Positions 47,564 through 58,836 of a DNA stretch of 64,000 bases are shown here, piece by piece. The stretch lies in IMG/VR virus record IMGVR_UViG_3300047160_010630, positions 32,001 through 96,000 of that record. One strand, given 5' to 3'. The notes beneath the pieces are model-generated. The model saw only the letters and a list, made by a program, of their open reading frames with translations, did no database searches and was not told where the DNA came from. The DNA comes from a virus. Position 1 is the stretch's first letter, and each line of letters begins with the position of its first letter. Both the position numbers and the translations under genes were made by a program.

Positions 47564-48190
47564 ATGAACGAGAACACCGACACCCCGATCTTCTACAAGG
47601 CCGTCCGCGTGAACGGCCGCGACTTCCACACCGACACCGTGGACTACGCGTCCCTTTGCGGAACCGGCCAGCAGCTTCCCGAGCTTCCCGGCGGCGAGTG
47701 CTGCACCAGCGGCGTGTACCACGCTTCGACGTCGAAGGCGGACACCCTCATCGGGGGATCATGGCCGTGCCGCCTGTTCGAGGTGACGGGCACGCCGGTG
47801 GCGGAGGAGGAGAACAAGCGGGGCTTCCGCACGCTCACGGTCGTCCGCGAGCTTCCCGCGCACGAGGCGCTCGGGCCCAACGGTAAAGCCGTCGCGGAAC
47901 TGATCACGAGGGTGGAGTCCCTGGCGGCCGAGCAGCTCGAAGCGTTGGGCGCTGCCCGGGGCGCTGCCTGGGACGCTGCCTGGGACGCTGCCCGGGGCGC
48001 TGCCTGGGACGCTGCCTGGAACGCTGCCTGGAACGCTGCCCGGGGCGCTGCCTGGGACGCTGCCTGGAACGCTGCCCGAAACGCTGCCCGGGACGCTACT
48101 GCCGCTTTGGTTGTCCGCGACCTCGTCACCGACGAGCAGTTCGATCTGCTGTACGGGCCTTGGGCTTCCGTCATGGAGCGCGAAGCGTGA
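47564..48190 (+). CDS. Actinophage protein with (D/N/G)AA(W/R) tetrapeptide repeat
   Basis: SWPCRLFEV.G, V.RELPAHEALGPNG, then repeats. Confidence 0.7.
   Translation: MNENTDTPIFYKAVRVNGRDFHTDTVDYASLCGTGQQLPELPGGECCTSGVYHASTSKADTLIGGSWPCRLFEVTGTPVAEEENKRGFRTLTVVRELPAHEALGPNGKAVAELITRVESLAAEQLEALGAARGAAWDAAWDAARGAAWDAAWNAAWNAARGAAWDAAWNAARNAARDATAALVVRDLVTDEQFDLLYGPWASVMEREA
47948..48096 (+). repeat. 12-nt tandem repeat, about 12 units
   Basis: (g/a)(g/a)c gct gcc (t/c)gg. Confidence 0.85.
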
Positions 48191-51100
48191 ACGCGGCCCT
48201 CGCCTTCTACCTCGCCGGACTCGCTGGCTGCCTCGTAGGCATGCTCCGGATGGACAAGGCGCAGCGCCGCCGGACGTGCGTGGTAGCCGTCATCTGGCCG
48301 GTCGTGGCCGTTCCGGCAGTAGGCTGGTTCCTCGTCTGCCTTCCTGGTAAGGTTTACACCGCGACCAGGAAGAGGAAGGAGAACTGGACCATGAGACTTC
48401 CCATCGCGTACAAGGGCCGCACCGAGAACGGCTGGCACCGGTACTACGCCCAGCGTGCGTTCACGAACATCCGGACGGGCAGTTCGTACACCGTCCACAT
48501 CGACAAGTCCCGTTTCCTGGCCTGGTGCGAGGCCTGGTGGGTGTGGATCAACCTGCGCATCACCGGAGACGAGATCTGATGAAGTCCTTCGAGGCCGGAA
48601 AGACCTACGCCCAGAGCCTGCCGGGCACCGAGGTCCGGATGCTGTTCGCCTGCCAGTCGCTCATCACCCATCCGGACTCCGGCCGGACGTTCGCCAGCGG
48701 GTTCACCTCCTACGAGGGCTCCAGCCTGTGGCGCGACGTCCCGGTCAACTACCGCAACCCCGGAAACTGGGAGCTGCTCGAAGGGCAGGACACGGAGCCG
48801 TACTTCGAGCCGGGCGTGCGGTACGAGTTCCGGCCCGACGGAGGCAGCCGGGTGGGCGCCGAATTCCTGTGCGCCGGGGTGATGGACAACCCCATCAGCG
48901 GGACCCGGCACGCCGTAGGGTACTGGCGCCAGGTCTGGGCCAGCGGGAAGACCGGCGAGTGGGAGTTGCGCAGCAAGCCCAGCATGCGCGACTGGTACCC
49001 GGCGAAGGAGGAGAAGTGAGCCCGAAGCCCACATGCCTGGGCGGCCAGACCGGCCGGTGCACCACCGATCCGACCTGGCGCGTGCGGGCGTACTCCGTAC
49101 CGGACTGGCGGATCCAGGACTCCCCTCCTGGCAGCCCCGGCCCGTACTGGGACTACGCCTGCGGACGACACCTGCACTACATCGCCAGCGAGACCACCGA
49201 AGGAGAGCAGATGACCTTGGTGCTGGAACGGATCCGGACGGACGAATCGTGACCTTCCTCATCGTCGCCGGGTGCTGCCTGCTGTACCTGGTCATCGGCC
49301 TGGGCATCGGCCGGTACCTGTACGGGGCCAACCGGGCCGGGGCCATCGACCTGTACGCCGAGCTGGGGGTCCCGGACCCGGTCGACGAGTACGAGCGGGA
49401 GGACCACGACTTCGACCACGGGCTCTGCCGGGCCTGTGTCTTCGTCTGGCCGGTGGCCCTGGCCGTCCTCGGGATCGTCGCGCTGGCCGCCTTCGGCTCG
49501 TGGGTGGTGCAGGGGTCGCGCCGACGGTCCGCCTTCGAGAAGGACGAGGCCGTCGCCCGCCAGGAGAAGCGGGACGCCGCCATGCAGGACATGGGCATCC
49601 ACGACCAGGGCGGCGAGATCTTCGGGAAGAGCGAGTAGGCTGTCCGCATGACTGCGGAACCGTACGACGGCATGTGCATTCTTGTCTGGCCCGCCGGACC
49701 GGCGACCCCGGCCAGCCCGATGGCCTGGAAGGACGTGCAGATCTTCGACGCCGTCACCGGCCTCGCGCTGGTGACCGTGCTCGGCTTGGAGATCTGTGTC
49801 GGCAACGCGCAGGGCTGGACCCCGTACGTGCCGGTCACCGTGCGGATCACCGCGCTGGCCGGTGACGACGGGAAGATCCTGGGCCACGGCCAGCCCATCG
49901 TGTGGGAGGATGCCGGAACCGGGGACCCTGTCCCCAAGAAGGGCGAGTACCTGTACCTGGTCGCCGAGATGCGGGTGGGGGCCGCCACGACCGAGGAATG
50001 AGGAAGAGAGAATGCCCGATCCTTTCGCAGCTTTTCGCAGAGGGTTTGCCCGGGACCTGCACCTCCAGGCCGTCCGGGAGAGCAAGCGGGCCAGGTGCTC
50101 CTGCGGAAAGGCCATCTACGAGGGCCCCTCGCAGTGCTACACCGCCATGGAGCGGCTGCGGCGCCTCTTCCCGGGGGAGGGAACCCCGGAGCGCTGCTAC
50201 CAGTGCCCGGACGAGCGCCAGAACTGGCACCTGACGACCTCCCCCCTCCGGGAGTCCAACCGCGTCGAAGCGGAGGAGATCGTTCAGCGCCGGGAGGCGT
50301 GGACGGCCCGCCACCTCATGCTGTGCTCCCTGCGGCAGTGGGGTGTCACGACGTCCCCCTGCCGACGTGAGTTCAAGGCGACCCAGCGCATCCCGCGCTG
50401 GGGGAACGCGGTCGGTCACCGCCGGTCGGTGAACCGCTACCGCGTCAAGACCGTCGTTGTCGTCGTCCGGGGCTACCGGGGCGAGCGGGCCTTCACGCGA
50501 GGGCTGCGGAGGAAGATCAGGGAGGCACGGTGACCGACATGCCGGACGAGGAGATCGTCTGGGAGGCGTGGGAACGCATCCCCGACGACCTGGTGCTGTG
50601 GTCGCACGGGGACGAGCTGGCGGCCGGGCACTTCACCGACCGCACCTACGACTGGTGGACCTCGCAGCTGGGGCACCACGAGCGCGGACCCGGCGGCTGC
50701 AAGGACTGCGGGGACGTGTGCCTGCTGGCCGTCTTCCACGAGGCGGTGGCCATCTCGGTCATCCGCGAACTGCTGCGGCAAGGCCTCTTGAACATCGACA
50801 CCGGAACCCGCTACACTTCAACTACCAATCAGGAAGAAGGAACTGAATCATGAACAAGATCTTCATCCCCCTCGCGGCCGTCGTCGGCGCGATCAGCCTG
50901 ACCGCGTGCAGCAGCATCGACATCCCCAGCCCCACCGCCCAGGACTACAGCGACCAGGCCACCATGCAGGCCGCCCACCCGGGCATGGACTGCGTGATGG
51001 AGTGGGTCGACCCGGGCCAGTACATGACCAACTGCTACCCGATGTCCTACCACCCGCCGTACTCGGTGCGGGTGTACTACCCCAAGGGCTGCACCTGCCC

Positions 51101-54100
51101 GGCCACCCAGTCGCGCCCGAAGAACTACCAGGCGCCCAAGAAGGTCACGGTCGTCCAGCACAACACCACCGTCATCCACAACCACTGAGGGGGAGACATG
51201 AACGCTCGCGAAGTGCTGGAGGACAAGCTCTCCCGCCGCCACCCGTCCGACGTCGCGACGTGGCTGAACGACTACCGCGAGGAGATCCGGATCGAGACCT
51301 CTCGCGAAAACGTGGCCCGGATCCGCGCGGCCAAGGAGAAGCGGGACGAGGACTTCTACCCGTACTTCCCCGAATCCTACGGGGCCGAGACGGACGGCTG
51401 GGAATCGGCCATCGACTCCATCAACCCCGACAAGGAATGACATGAACGCTCGCACCCGCCACGCCCGGCGCATCCTGCGGACCACCCGGCGCGGTCCGTG
51501 GGGCAAGGGCCGCAACGCCATCAACAACTCCATGCAGCCGGTCTACGGCGCCGACGGCGAGATCATGCACTACCGGCTGGTGAACGACCCCTGGTACACC
51601 CGGCGCAGCGGCTTGTACCGCCCGGGGAAGGGCATCTCCCACCGCACCAAGGCCGCTCAGGTCTGGCGCAAGGCGCACGAGAAGTCCGCCCGCTGGGACG
51701 TTGGCCATGCCCTGTCCGACTGCTGCGGCTGGGGCAACGGCGAGGCCCACCACGACCCGTTCGCGTACGTCGGCTCGCTCGTCCCGCCGCGTCCGGCGCC
51801 GTTCGACGAGGACGACGAGGACTCCATGATCCACTGGGACGCCCACAAGATCCCCTGGAAGAGGAAGCGATGAGCTACACCGGGCGCAAGACCTCCGTCC
51901 GGCACCTGCCCCTGGACGAGAACGGGCACGCGAGCTTCCCCCGCAAGGAGGACGCCCTTGTCATGGTGATCTCGACCGTTGACGACCCGATCCCGCATGT
52001 CATCCTGTACCCGGACCGCTGCCGGTTCTGCGACTACTACCCGGTCTTCGAGGTCACCGACGACCTGGTCCGGCTGAAGGATCCGTGCCCGCTGCCGAAC
52101 GGCGTGACCACCGTCACCGAGGTCTCCTTCCGCTCCGGGAAGATCATCGTCAACGACAGCCTGTGCCCGATCTACGACTGGGAAAGCTACAAGAAGGGTC
52201 GCGCCAGCTACAACTCCGCGCTCGGAGCGGGGAAGGTGATCCAGGAGATGGCCGAACTCGGCTGCGCCTACGGGCCGGTCATCGGCGGCTGCCCCGATCT
52301 GTACCGCACAGGGGAGGGCACCTACATCATCGCCACGCCTGCCTACAACCCGTGCGTCCAGTGCGAAGGGGACGGCAGCGACGCGGACGCCGACTGCACC
52401 TGCGACGACGAGCGGCCCATTCCCGGCGCCGAGAAGCTGTTCGACTCCAGCATGGGCTTCGGCCTGTGGGCGTACTCCATCGCCGACTACGCCGACTGGG
52501 AGGCCAAGTCCCAGGCCTGGATCGACGCCGAGGCAGGCGATAAGGAGCGCGAGAAGCGCCGCGAGCGGATCAAGGACCGGGTCCAGTACGCGGATGTGAT
52601 CGACTTCCCGCCCGGCACCTACCGCTTCACCCACCACTCCGGAGAGAAGGGCTTCGTGGCCTCCCACGACACCAGCGACATGGTGATCTACGCGCACGTC
52701 GAACGCATCGGCGACTGATGAAGCGCCGCGTCCCCCGGGACGTCCGGTTCGCCCAGGCAGGCATCGGCGGGCGCCCCCGCAAGGAGATCATCCACCGGTG
52801 GATGTCCCGGGCCAAGCGCGCCACCCACAAGCGGGAACGCCGCGAAGGAAAGACAGACGTGAACGAACAAAGGAAGGAGAGCGAGGAACCATGAACGAGA
52901 TCAAGAAGGGCGACCTGGTCTGCTACACGGTGGACCTGGAGGAGCTGGAGAACCACGCCCGCACGTGGGAGGTCGAGTACGTCGCCCACGAGGAGGCGAA
53001 GGCGTGGATCCACTGCACCCTCCCCAACGGGAACCGCATCGACCGCATCTCCCCCACCTGTAGGCTCACGCGGGTCGCGCCGCGCTTCGAGCCCGGCAAG
53101 AAGTACACCCGCATCGGTGCCGCTCCCGATCGCTCGGAGTCGGTCTACCCGGTCACCGTCGTGGACGTCACCGACGACTGGGCGATCGGCTGGCGACGTT
53201 CCGGCGCGCCCTGGACCTGCCTCCAGGACAGGCGCGGCGAATGGGCCGAGGTCCAGTGACCCCGGTTGCACACCGCATCCTGCTGGTCGGCGGCAGCCAC
53301 GATGGCGAGACGCGCGACACCGACCGGGGTGCGGGCCGGTACCTGAACCTCCCGGCCTACAGCGACAGCGGTCGCGGCTGGGACCACTACGAGATCCTGC
53401 GCCACGTCAAGCACGGCTGGGTGGCGGTGGACGTCGACATCCCCCGCCACGGCCAGGGCGCCGCCGTGGAGGCGACGCTGGCCCGAATCAAGGAACAGGA
53501 GACACTCGTGGCCATTCCCGCGACGGAGCTGCGCACCGTCCTGCTGTGCGGCGGACCCGCCGACGGCCGGGAGATCCGCATCCCGGCCGACATGAACGCA
53601 TGGACGGTCATGGAGGCGCGGGTCGGCGGACCCCGCACCCAGGTCTACGACATCGTCCCCAACACGTACGCGGAGAGCACGTACGAATGGGTCGGCGTCC
53701 CGCGCGAGCAGGACCGCCTCACCCGGGCGATGACCGCCAAGACGACCCTGGCCAGCGACCGGCAGAAGAAGGCGCAAGCCCTCGGGGCCGTGGCGTCCAC
53801 GCTCTCCCAGCGTGCGGTCACCATGCCCGTCACGATCGTCCCCAAGGAGAAGTGGGCAACCGTGGAGTTCCAGCCGCCGCCGACCGACCCGATCTCCCAC
53901 GCGGCGTTCCGGCTGGCCAGCGCGACCGGCATGACCGTCCGGTACGCGCACCGGTTCCTCACCGAGCTGGTCCAGCAGATCGGCGTGCCCGCCGCGCCGA
54001 AGGCGGCCGTGAAGGGCGAGACGGCGATCACCATCAACACCACCAAGCCCGCCAAGTGGCGGTTCATCGACACCGAGACCGGCGAGACCTGGCGGTGGGA

Positions 54101-54430
54101 CGTGGAGGCCGGGACGTTCAAGAAGGTCGTCTACCCCCACCAGCAGTCATGACGAACGTCTGCTTCGCCTGCGGCCAGGAACTGGAGTACATCTACCCGG
54201 CCAGGGAGGGCGAGCCCCCGTTCACCTATGGCACGCACTTCAGCGCCACCGGCAACTACGGCTCCGGCGTGTTCGACCCGTCGGACCGCCGGACCAGCCT
54301 GCGCCTGACGGTGTGCGACGACTGCATGCACATCTACCGGGAGCGCATCATCATGATCACGACAACGCGCCCGGCTCCCACCTACCAGTGCCGTGCATGG
54401 ACACCTCCGACAGCGGAGGACGAGGAATGA
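48187..54430 (+). CDS. Run of small hypothetical genes (48187-48579, 48579-49019, 49016-49252, 49249-49638, 49648-50001, 50012-50533, 50530-50853, lipoprotein 50850-51188, 51198-51440, 51442-51873, 51870-52718, 52891-53259, 53256-54152, 54149-54430)
   Basis: Start/stop overlaps and GC3 bias; LTAC lipobox in 50850-51188; no function recognised. Confidence 0.55.
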
Positions 54431-54521
54431 ACGCGCCGGTGATACGCTCACCCCGTGAGTGTTGGTCCCCGTGCCTGACCCCCGCGACGGCAGGCACACC
54501 TGTTCGAACAGAAATGTACTC

Positions 54522-54821
54522 ATGACTGAGAAGATCACCATCAGGCCGCTTGAGGACCGCATCGTGGTCCAGCCGCTGGAGGCGGAGACCACCACGGCCT
54601 CGGGCCTCGTGCTGCCGGACAGCGCCCAGGAGAAGCCCGCCGAGGCGGTCGTCCTGGCCGTGGGCCCCGGACGCTACGAGAACGGCACGCTGGTGCCGAT
54701 GAGTGTCGCCGTGGGAGACCACGTGCTGCACGCGCGCTACGGCGGCACCGAGATCAAGCACCAGGGCCAGGAGTACGTCATCTTCCCGGCCCGGGAGATC
54801 CTGGCGATCATCGAGAAGTAG
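54522..54821 (+). CDS. groES: Co-chaperonin GroES
   Basis: [12 protein letters not shown]...[13 protein letters not shown]...VLAVGPG...YGGTE...ILAIIEK. Confidence 0.95.
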   Translation: MTEKITIRPLEDRIVVQPLEAETTTASGLVLPDSAQEKPAEAVVLAVGPGRYENGTLVPMSVAVGDHVLHARYGGTEIKHQGQEYVIFPAREILAIIEK

Positions 54822-54833
54822 CCTGACGAACCG

Positions 54834-54858
54834 GCGCACCCTCCAGCGGAGGGTGCGC
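54834..54858 (+). terminator. Hairpin after groES
   Basis: gcgcaccctcc-agc-ggagggtgcgc. Confidence 0.5.
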
Positions 54859-54878
54859 CCCTCAGAGAGGAAAGAGGA

Positions 54879-55166
54879 ATGACCGACCCGATGGACGACC
54901 CCGAGACGATCGCCCGCACCGAGCAGAAGATCATGAGCATGGGTACGGACCAGATGAAGGCGTTCGCCCTCAGCATCGCCGAGGCCTTCCCCGGGCTCGA
55001 CGACGAGGAGCGCGCGGCGTGGCTGGCCGACATCGACGCCGTGCCGGACACGTACTGGGCGCCGGACAGCCTGCTGCACTCCTTCAAGGTGCTCCAGGAC
55101 AGCGGCTGGAACATGGCCCTCGCCGTCCGGGCACTCGCCCGGGAGCAGGAGGAGAACCATGACTGA
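54879..55166 (+). CDS. Hypothetical protein
   Basis: GAGGAAAGAGGA leader. Confidence 0.6.
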   Translation: MTDPMDDPETIARTEQKIMSMGTDQMKAFALSIAEAFPGLDDEERAAWLADIDAVPDTYWAPDSLLHSFKVLQDSGWNMALAVRALAREQEENHD

Positions 55167-55303
55167 GACCCAGCTGTACGCACTCGAACTGCTCGGCGGC
55201 GTGATCACCTTCGGCTGCTTCGGTGCGGCCTGGTACCTCAAGCGCTCCCAGCGCCGTGCGGCGCAGTCCGGCCTACCGGCCGGAAACGACGAGGACTGAG
55301 GCC

Positions 55304-55332
55304 TTGACCCGCCGGGCGGGGAGGGGTAGTGT
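55304..55332 (+). promoter_or_regulatory. Sigma70/HrdB-type promoter
   Basis: TTGACC-N17-TAGTGT. Confidence 0.65.
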
Positions 55333-55368
55333 CTTCCCCAGGAACGAGGAACGAGGGAAGGACACACC

Positions 55369-55635
55369 ATGCGGAACAGCGACAACCTCACCCCGCTCGG
55401 CAAGGCCGTCTACTGGGCCAAGAAGGCTGAGCACGCGAAGACCGAGTACTTCTTCTCGGAGGAGGTGCGGGACCGCGTCCTGCGGCAGAACATCGAACTC
55501 TCCCGCATGTGGCTGCGCATCGCCGACAACCGGGGCATCATCACCGGCTGGTCGGTGGCCAAGACCATCACGGAGGAGACGACGATCGAGGACGACGGCG
55601 ACACCGAGATCGAGGACGCCACCCCCGATGCCTAG
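55369..55635 (+). CDS. Paralog family T copy 1
   Basis: LTPLGKAVYWAKKAE...SRMWLRIA. Confidence 0.65.
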   Translation: MRNSDNLTPLGKAVYWAKKAEHAKTEYFFSEEVRDRVLRQNIELSRMWLRIADNRGIITGWSVAKTITEETTIEDDGDTEIEDATPDA

Positions 55636-55864
55636 GATCACCACCGTCGGCGAACTCAGACGCGAACTGCGCCACCAGGGCTTCGACACCGTGATGGGCG
55701 GCAAAGGACACTGGAAGGTGTACCGTGGACGCCGCCTCATCACCACCCTGCCCAACACACCCAGCGACATCCGCAGCGTCCGCAACTGCATATCCGAACT
55801 CGGCAAGGCCGGGTTCAAGCGGCCCGCCACCCACCAGAAGAGCCGAGGAAGGATCCAGGAATGA
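55628..55864 (+). CDS. HicA-like small protein
   Basis: QGF....GKGHWKV......TLPNTPSD.RS..N. Confidence 0.6.
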   Translation: MPRITTVGELRRELRHQGFDTVMGGKGHWKVYRGRRLITTLPNTPSDIRSVRNCISELGKAGFKRPATHQKSRGRIQE

Positions 55865-56331
55865 AGCCACCCTCCATGGACGCCGAGGCACGCTTCCGCG
55901 CCCGCTTGGCGGAACTCGGCGCCACCCTGCTCGACACCCACTGGCGCGGCACCCGCTACAGCTACCGCATCCGCTGCAAGAACGGCCACGAGTCCACCCC
56001 GACCGCCACCACCCTCGTCTACCACGAGAACGCGGGCGTGTGCCGCCAGTGCGCGGCCCTGAACAACCCGCACAACGTCGTCCGCACCGCCCGGTCCCGC
56101 CAGGCGTTCCTGGACCGGCTGGCGGCCGAGGGCGTGGTGCTGCTGGAGGAGAAGTGGCTCGGGTCCGACGCGGTGCACCGCATCCGCTGCGCGCAGGGGC
56201 ACGAGACCACCATCCGGCCGCAGGCCCTCACCCGGTTCCACTACAGCCGCAACAGGTCCAAGGCCTGGCAGCGCAGCCGCGTCTGCGTGCCGTGCAAGAT
56301 CGAGGAAGAGAAGGAGAAGAAGGATGGCTGA
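55861..56331 (+). CDS. Protein with duplicated RIRC..GHE zinc modules
   Basis: Two LL...W.G.....RIRC..GHE...C..C repeats. Confidence 0.6.
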   Translation: MKPPSMDAEARFRARLAELGATLLDTHWRGTRYSYRIRCKNGHESTPTATTLVYHENAGVCRQCAALNNPHNVVRTARSRQAFLDRLAAEGVVLLEEKWLGSDAVHRIRCAQGHETTIRPQALTRFHYSRNRSKAWQRSRVCVPCKIEEEKEKKDG

Positions 56332-56536
56332 GATCCTGGAAGTCCGCCGAGTCGTCAGCATCAACCTGCTGGGCCTGACCCGCGACGATTGCTACGTGCT
56401 GTACAACGGGTTGGACCGGATGCTCAACGACCTGAACCACGTCACGACCCTGTCCGACGCCGAGGGCGATGCCGTGGAGTCCCTGCGAAGCATGCTCTCG
56501 AAGGCGCTCAGCGAGAGCGACTGGGAGACGAACTGA
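56324..56536 (+). CDS. Hypothetical protein
   Basis: Overlapping start/stop coupling. Confidence 0.55.
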   Translation: MAEILEVRRVVSINLLGLTRDDCYVLYNGLDRMLNDLNHVTTLSDAEGDAVESLRSMLSKALSESDWETN

Positions 56537-56805
56537 TGGTCAGCCGACACGGCCTGGGGATCGTCCAGGGCAGGACCCCCATGGAGATGGCCGCCCAGTG
56601 GGCGGTGGACGCCGAGGAGGTGTTCGACTCCAAGGGCACGTACGAGTCCACGGACGACTGGCTGGGCCACCTGTACGGCACGATCCAGATGGCCCAGATG
56701 TGGGCGGCCGTCACCACCGCGTCCGCATGTGACGTGGGCATGACGGTGGCGGACCTCCTGCCCGCCGTACCGCAGCCCCTGGACATCCCCGACGACGGAC
56801 AGTAG
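56536..56805 (+). CDS. Paralog family T copy 2
   Basis: RTPMEMAAQWAVDAE...AQMWAAV. Confidence 0.6.
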   Translation: MVSRHGLGIVQGRTPMEMAAQWAVDAEEVFDSKGTYESTDDWLGHLYGTIQMAQMWAAVTTASACDVGMTVADLLPAVPQPLDIPDDGQ

Positions 56806-56891
56806 CGTAAGACCCCTCGGGGCCGCCGGACACCGTCCGAGGGTGCGCAGGACGGCGGCCCCGGGAACCGACCAACAGGAAGACGGAAACG

Positions 56892-57545
56892 ATGGACAAC
56901 GACGACGACGCCCGCATGACCCCGCTGGAGCTGGCCGTCCACTGGGCCGAGGACGCCCAGGACGTCTGGGGCAACGAGGAAGGCCTGGAAGAGGACGTCC
57001 GCGTCGTGCAGCACGGCATGAGCGTGGACAACTCCCTCATGTGGTCCTCGATCGCCAGAGCCGCAGCGGCCTGCGGACGGGGCAGCGAGACCGTCGGACA
57101 GCTCCGGGGACCCGCACGGGTGTTCGCCTTCCACGGCACGGGGCTGGAGCAGCTGGACGCCCTGCCGGACAACGTCGTCTCCCTGCCGCTGACCCCCACC
57201 GGGCAGATCCCCAACTCCCGGCGCCTGCGCTGCCAGGCCCACCGGCTCCTGCTGCACGAGCACGGCGAGACGCAGAAGTTCCACCAGGGACGCTGGTTCC
57301 TGGACATGGCCGCCGGTGTCCAGCCGGTGGAGACCTACTACCACGTGCGCACGTCGAACGGTGCGATCGTCGGCTCCCTGGACCCCGCCGACTCGTCCCA
57401 GCGCGCCGAGCGGTACATCATCACCCCGGGCCAGCTGCGGTGCGCCGAGCACAACCGGCTGTTCTACCACCACGAGGAGCCGGAGGAGCCCCACGAGGGC
57501 GCCTGGCACCGCTACCCCACCGACACCGAGAAGGACTGCACATGA
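56892..57545 (+). CDS. Paralog family T copy 3 with C-terminal extension
   Basis: MTPLELAVHWAEDAQ...SLMWSSIA. Confidence 0.6.
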   Translation: MDNDDDARMTPLELAVHWAEDAQDVWGNEEGLEEDVRVVQHGMSVDNSLMWSSIARAAAACGRGSETVGQLRGPARVFAFHGTGLEQLDALPDNVVSLPLTPTGQIPNSRRLRCQAHRLLLHEHGETQKFHQGRWFLDMAAGVQPVETYYHVRTSNGAIVGSLDPADSSQRAERYIITPGQLRCAEHNRLFYHHEEPEEPHEGAWHRYPTDTEKDCT

Positions 57546-57665
57546 CCACCATGCACACCCCCAGCGAGCCGGACCCGGGCGGCGGACGCCCCCGCCCGCA
57601 CGAGACGCCGGTATCCACGCCCGGCAGTGCGCAGGCGTCGGAGCCGGGACAGTAGGATCTGATCC

Positions 57666-58043
57666 ATGGACAACGAATTCGCTGGCTGCGTCATCATCTC
57701 GTGGCCGAACAAGCAGGACGAGAGCGGCGTGCGGTACGCACCGTACTGGTCCGACGTGCGCTACTTCAAGCTGAACGGCCAGGAGATCACCTCCATCCGG
57801 CCGGACACGGTGAAGCTGTACAGCGCCGGGGGCGTCGGGATCCAGCTGGAGGCCGAGGTCGTCGCCGCCACGGACGAGGAGATCGCCCGCGCCTACCGGT
57901 ACCCCCAGACGTCGAACGACGTCCTGGTGGTGGTCAACCGCTACACCGTGACCGAGATGCTGATCGGCGAGGAACCGGGTCCACGCAACTACGTCCTCAT
58001 GACGGACGCGCCTTCTGTGGACACCGTGGCTGGGCCGCAGTAG
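57666..58043 (+). CDS. Hypothetical protein
   Basis: TAGGAT -10-like box 7 nt before ATG. Confidence 0.55.
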   Translation: MDNEFAGCVIISWPNKQDESGVRYAPYWSDVRYFKLNGQEITSIRPDTVKLYSAGGVGIQLEAEVVAATDEEIARAYRYPQTSNDVLVVVNRYTVTEMLIGEEPGPRNYVLMTDAPSVDTVAGPQ

Positions 58044-58136
58044 CATAGAACTCCGCAGTCGCCGGTCGCAGTTCGATGATGCATGCGACTGGCGGCTACG
58101 GGAATCGACCACACCAGGAAGAAGGAAGAAGAAAGC

Positions 58137-58619
58137 ATGAACGACAACGACATGACCCCGTTCCAGCGCGCCGTGCGCCTCGCGGACCAGGCGGAGCGCA
58201 AGCTCTCCGCCGACTCACCCGCCACGTCGATCGCGCGCGTCGCCGACACCTGGGCGAACATCGCCATGACCACCCGGGCCGCGCTCAACGGCCGCCTCAC
58301 CGTCGGCGAGATGCTGCCGCCGGAGCCGGAGAAGAGCGTGTCCCAGACGGCCGCCGAGGCGTTCGCCTACTACGCCGACGCGCCGGAGCGGATCACCCCG
58401 AAGGTGGACGAGGTGGCCGAGGTGGCCGACCGGCGCGCCCGCCAGGAAGGCAAGATCGTCATCAACGCGCCGTACCTGTCACCGACAGTCACCGAAAGCC
58501 TGGTGCGGTGCGTTCAGCACGGCCAGCGGCTCGCCCACCACCGTGGCCTCCCCGGCGGCGGCGTCAGGGTCCTCCACACCGGCGTGTGGAACCTGGACGT
58601 GACCGGCGGCGCGGAGTAG
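58137..58619 (+). CDS. Paralog family T copy 4
   Basis: MTPFQRAVRLADQAE...ADTWANIA. Confidence 0.55.
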   Translation: MNDNDMTPFQRAVRLADQAERKLSADSPATSIARVADTWANIAMTTRAALNGRLTVGEMLPPEPEKSVSQTAAEAFAYYADAPERITPKVDEVAEVADRRARQEGKIVINAPYLSPTVTESLVRCVQHGQRLAHHRGLPGGGVRVLHTGVWNLDVTGGAE

Positions 58620-58741
58620 CGTAAAGACTCCGGATCCGGGGTGCACGAGCTGTCCACCCCGAGGTCCGGGTCGTCGCAGTAGCAGGCTGACCGGTCTGGA
58701 GGAGGCCGGACGGGGCTGCTATGATCACCGGGCGACGACAA

Positions 58742-58788
58742 GAAGGGCGTGGACTCCCCGGTCCACGCCCTTCGTTTTCCCCTGTTTT
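58742..58788 (+). terminator. Intrinsic terminator upstream of prim-pol
   Basis: 13-bp stem gaagggcgtggac/gtccacgcccttc followed by gttttcccctgtttt. Confidence 0.65.
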
Positions 58789-58836
58789 GGCCGCAAGGGA
58801 TATGACACCGTGCATGAAAGGACGGGATCCAGCACT

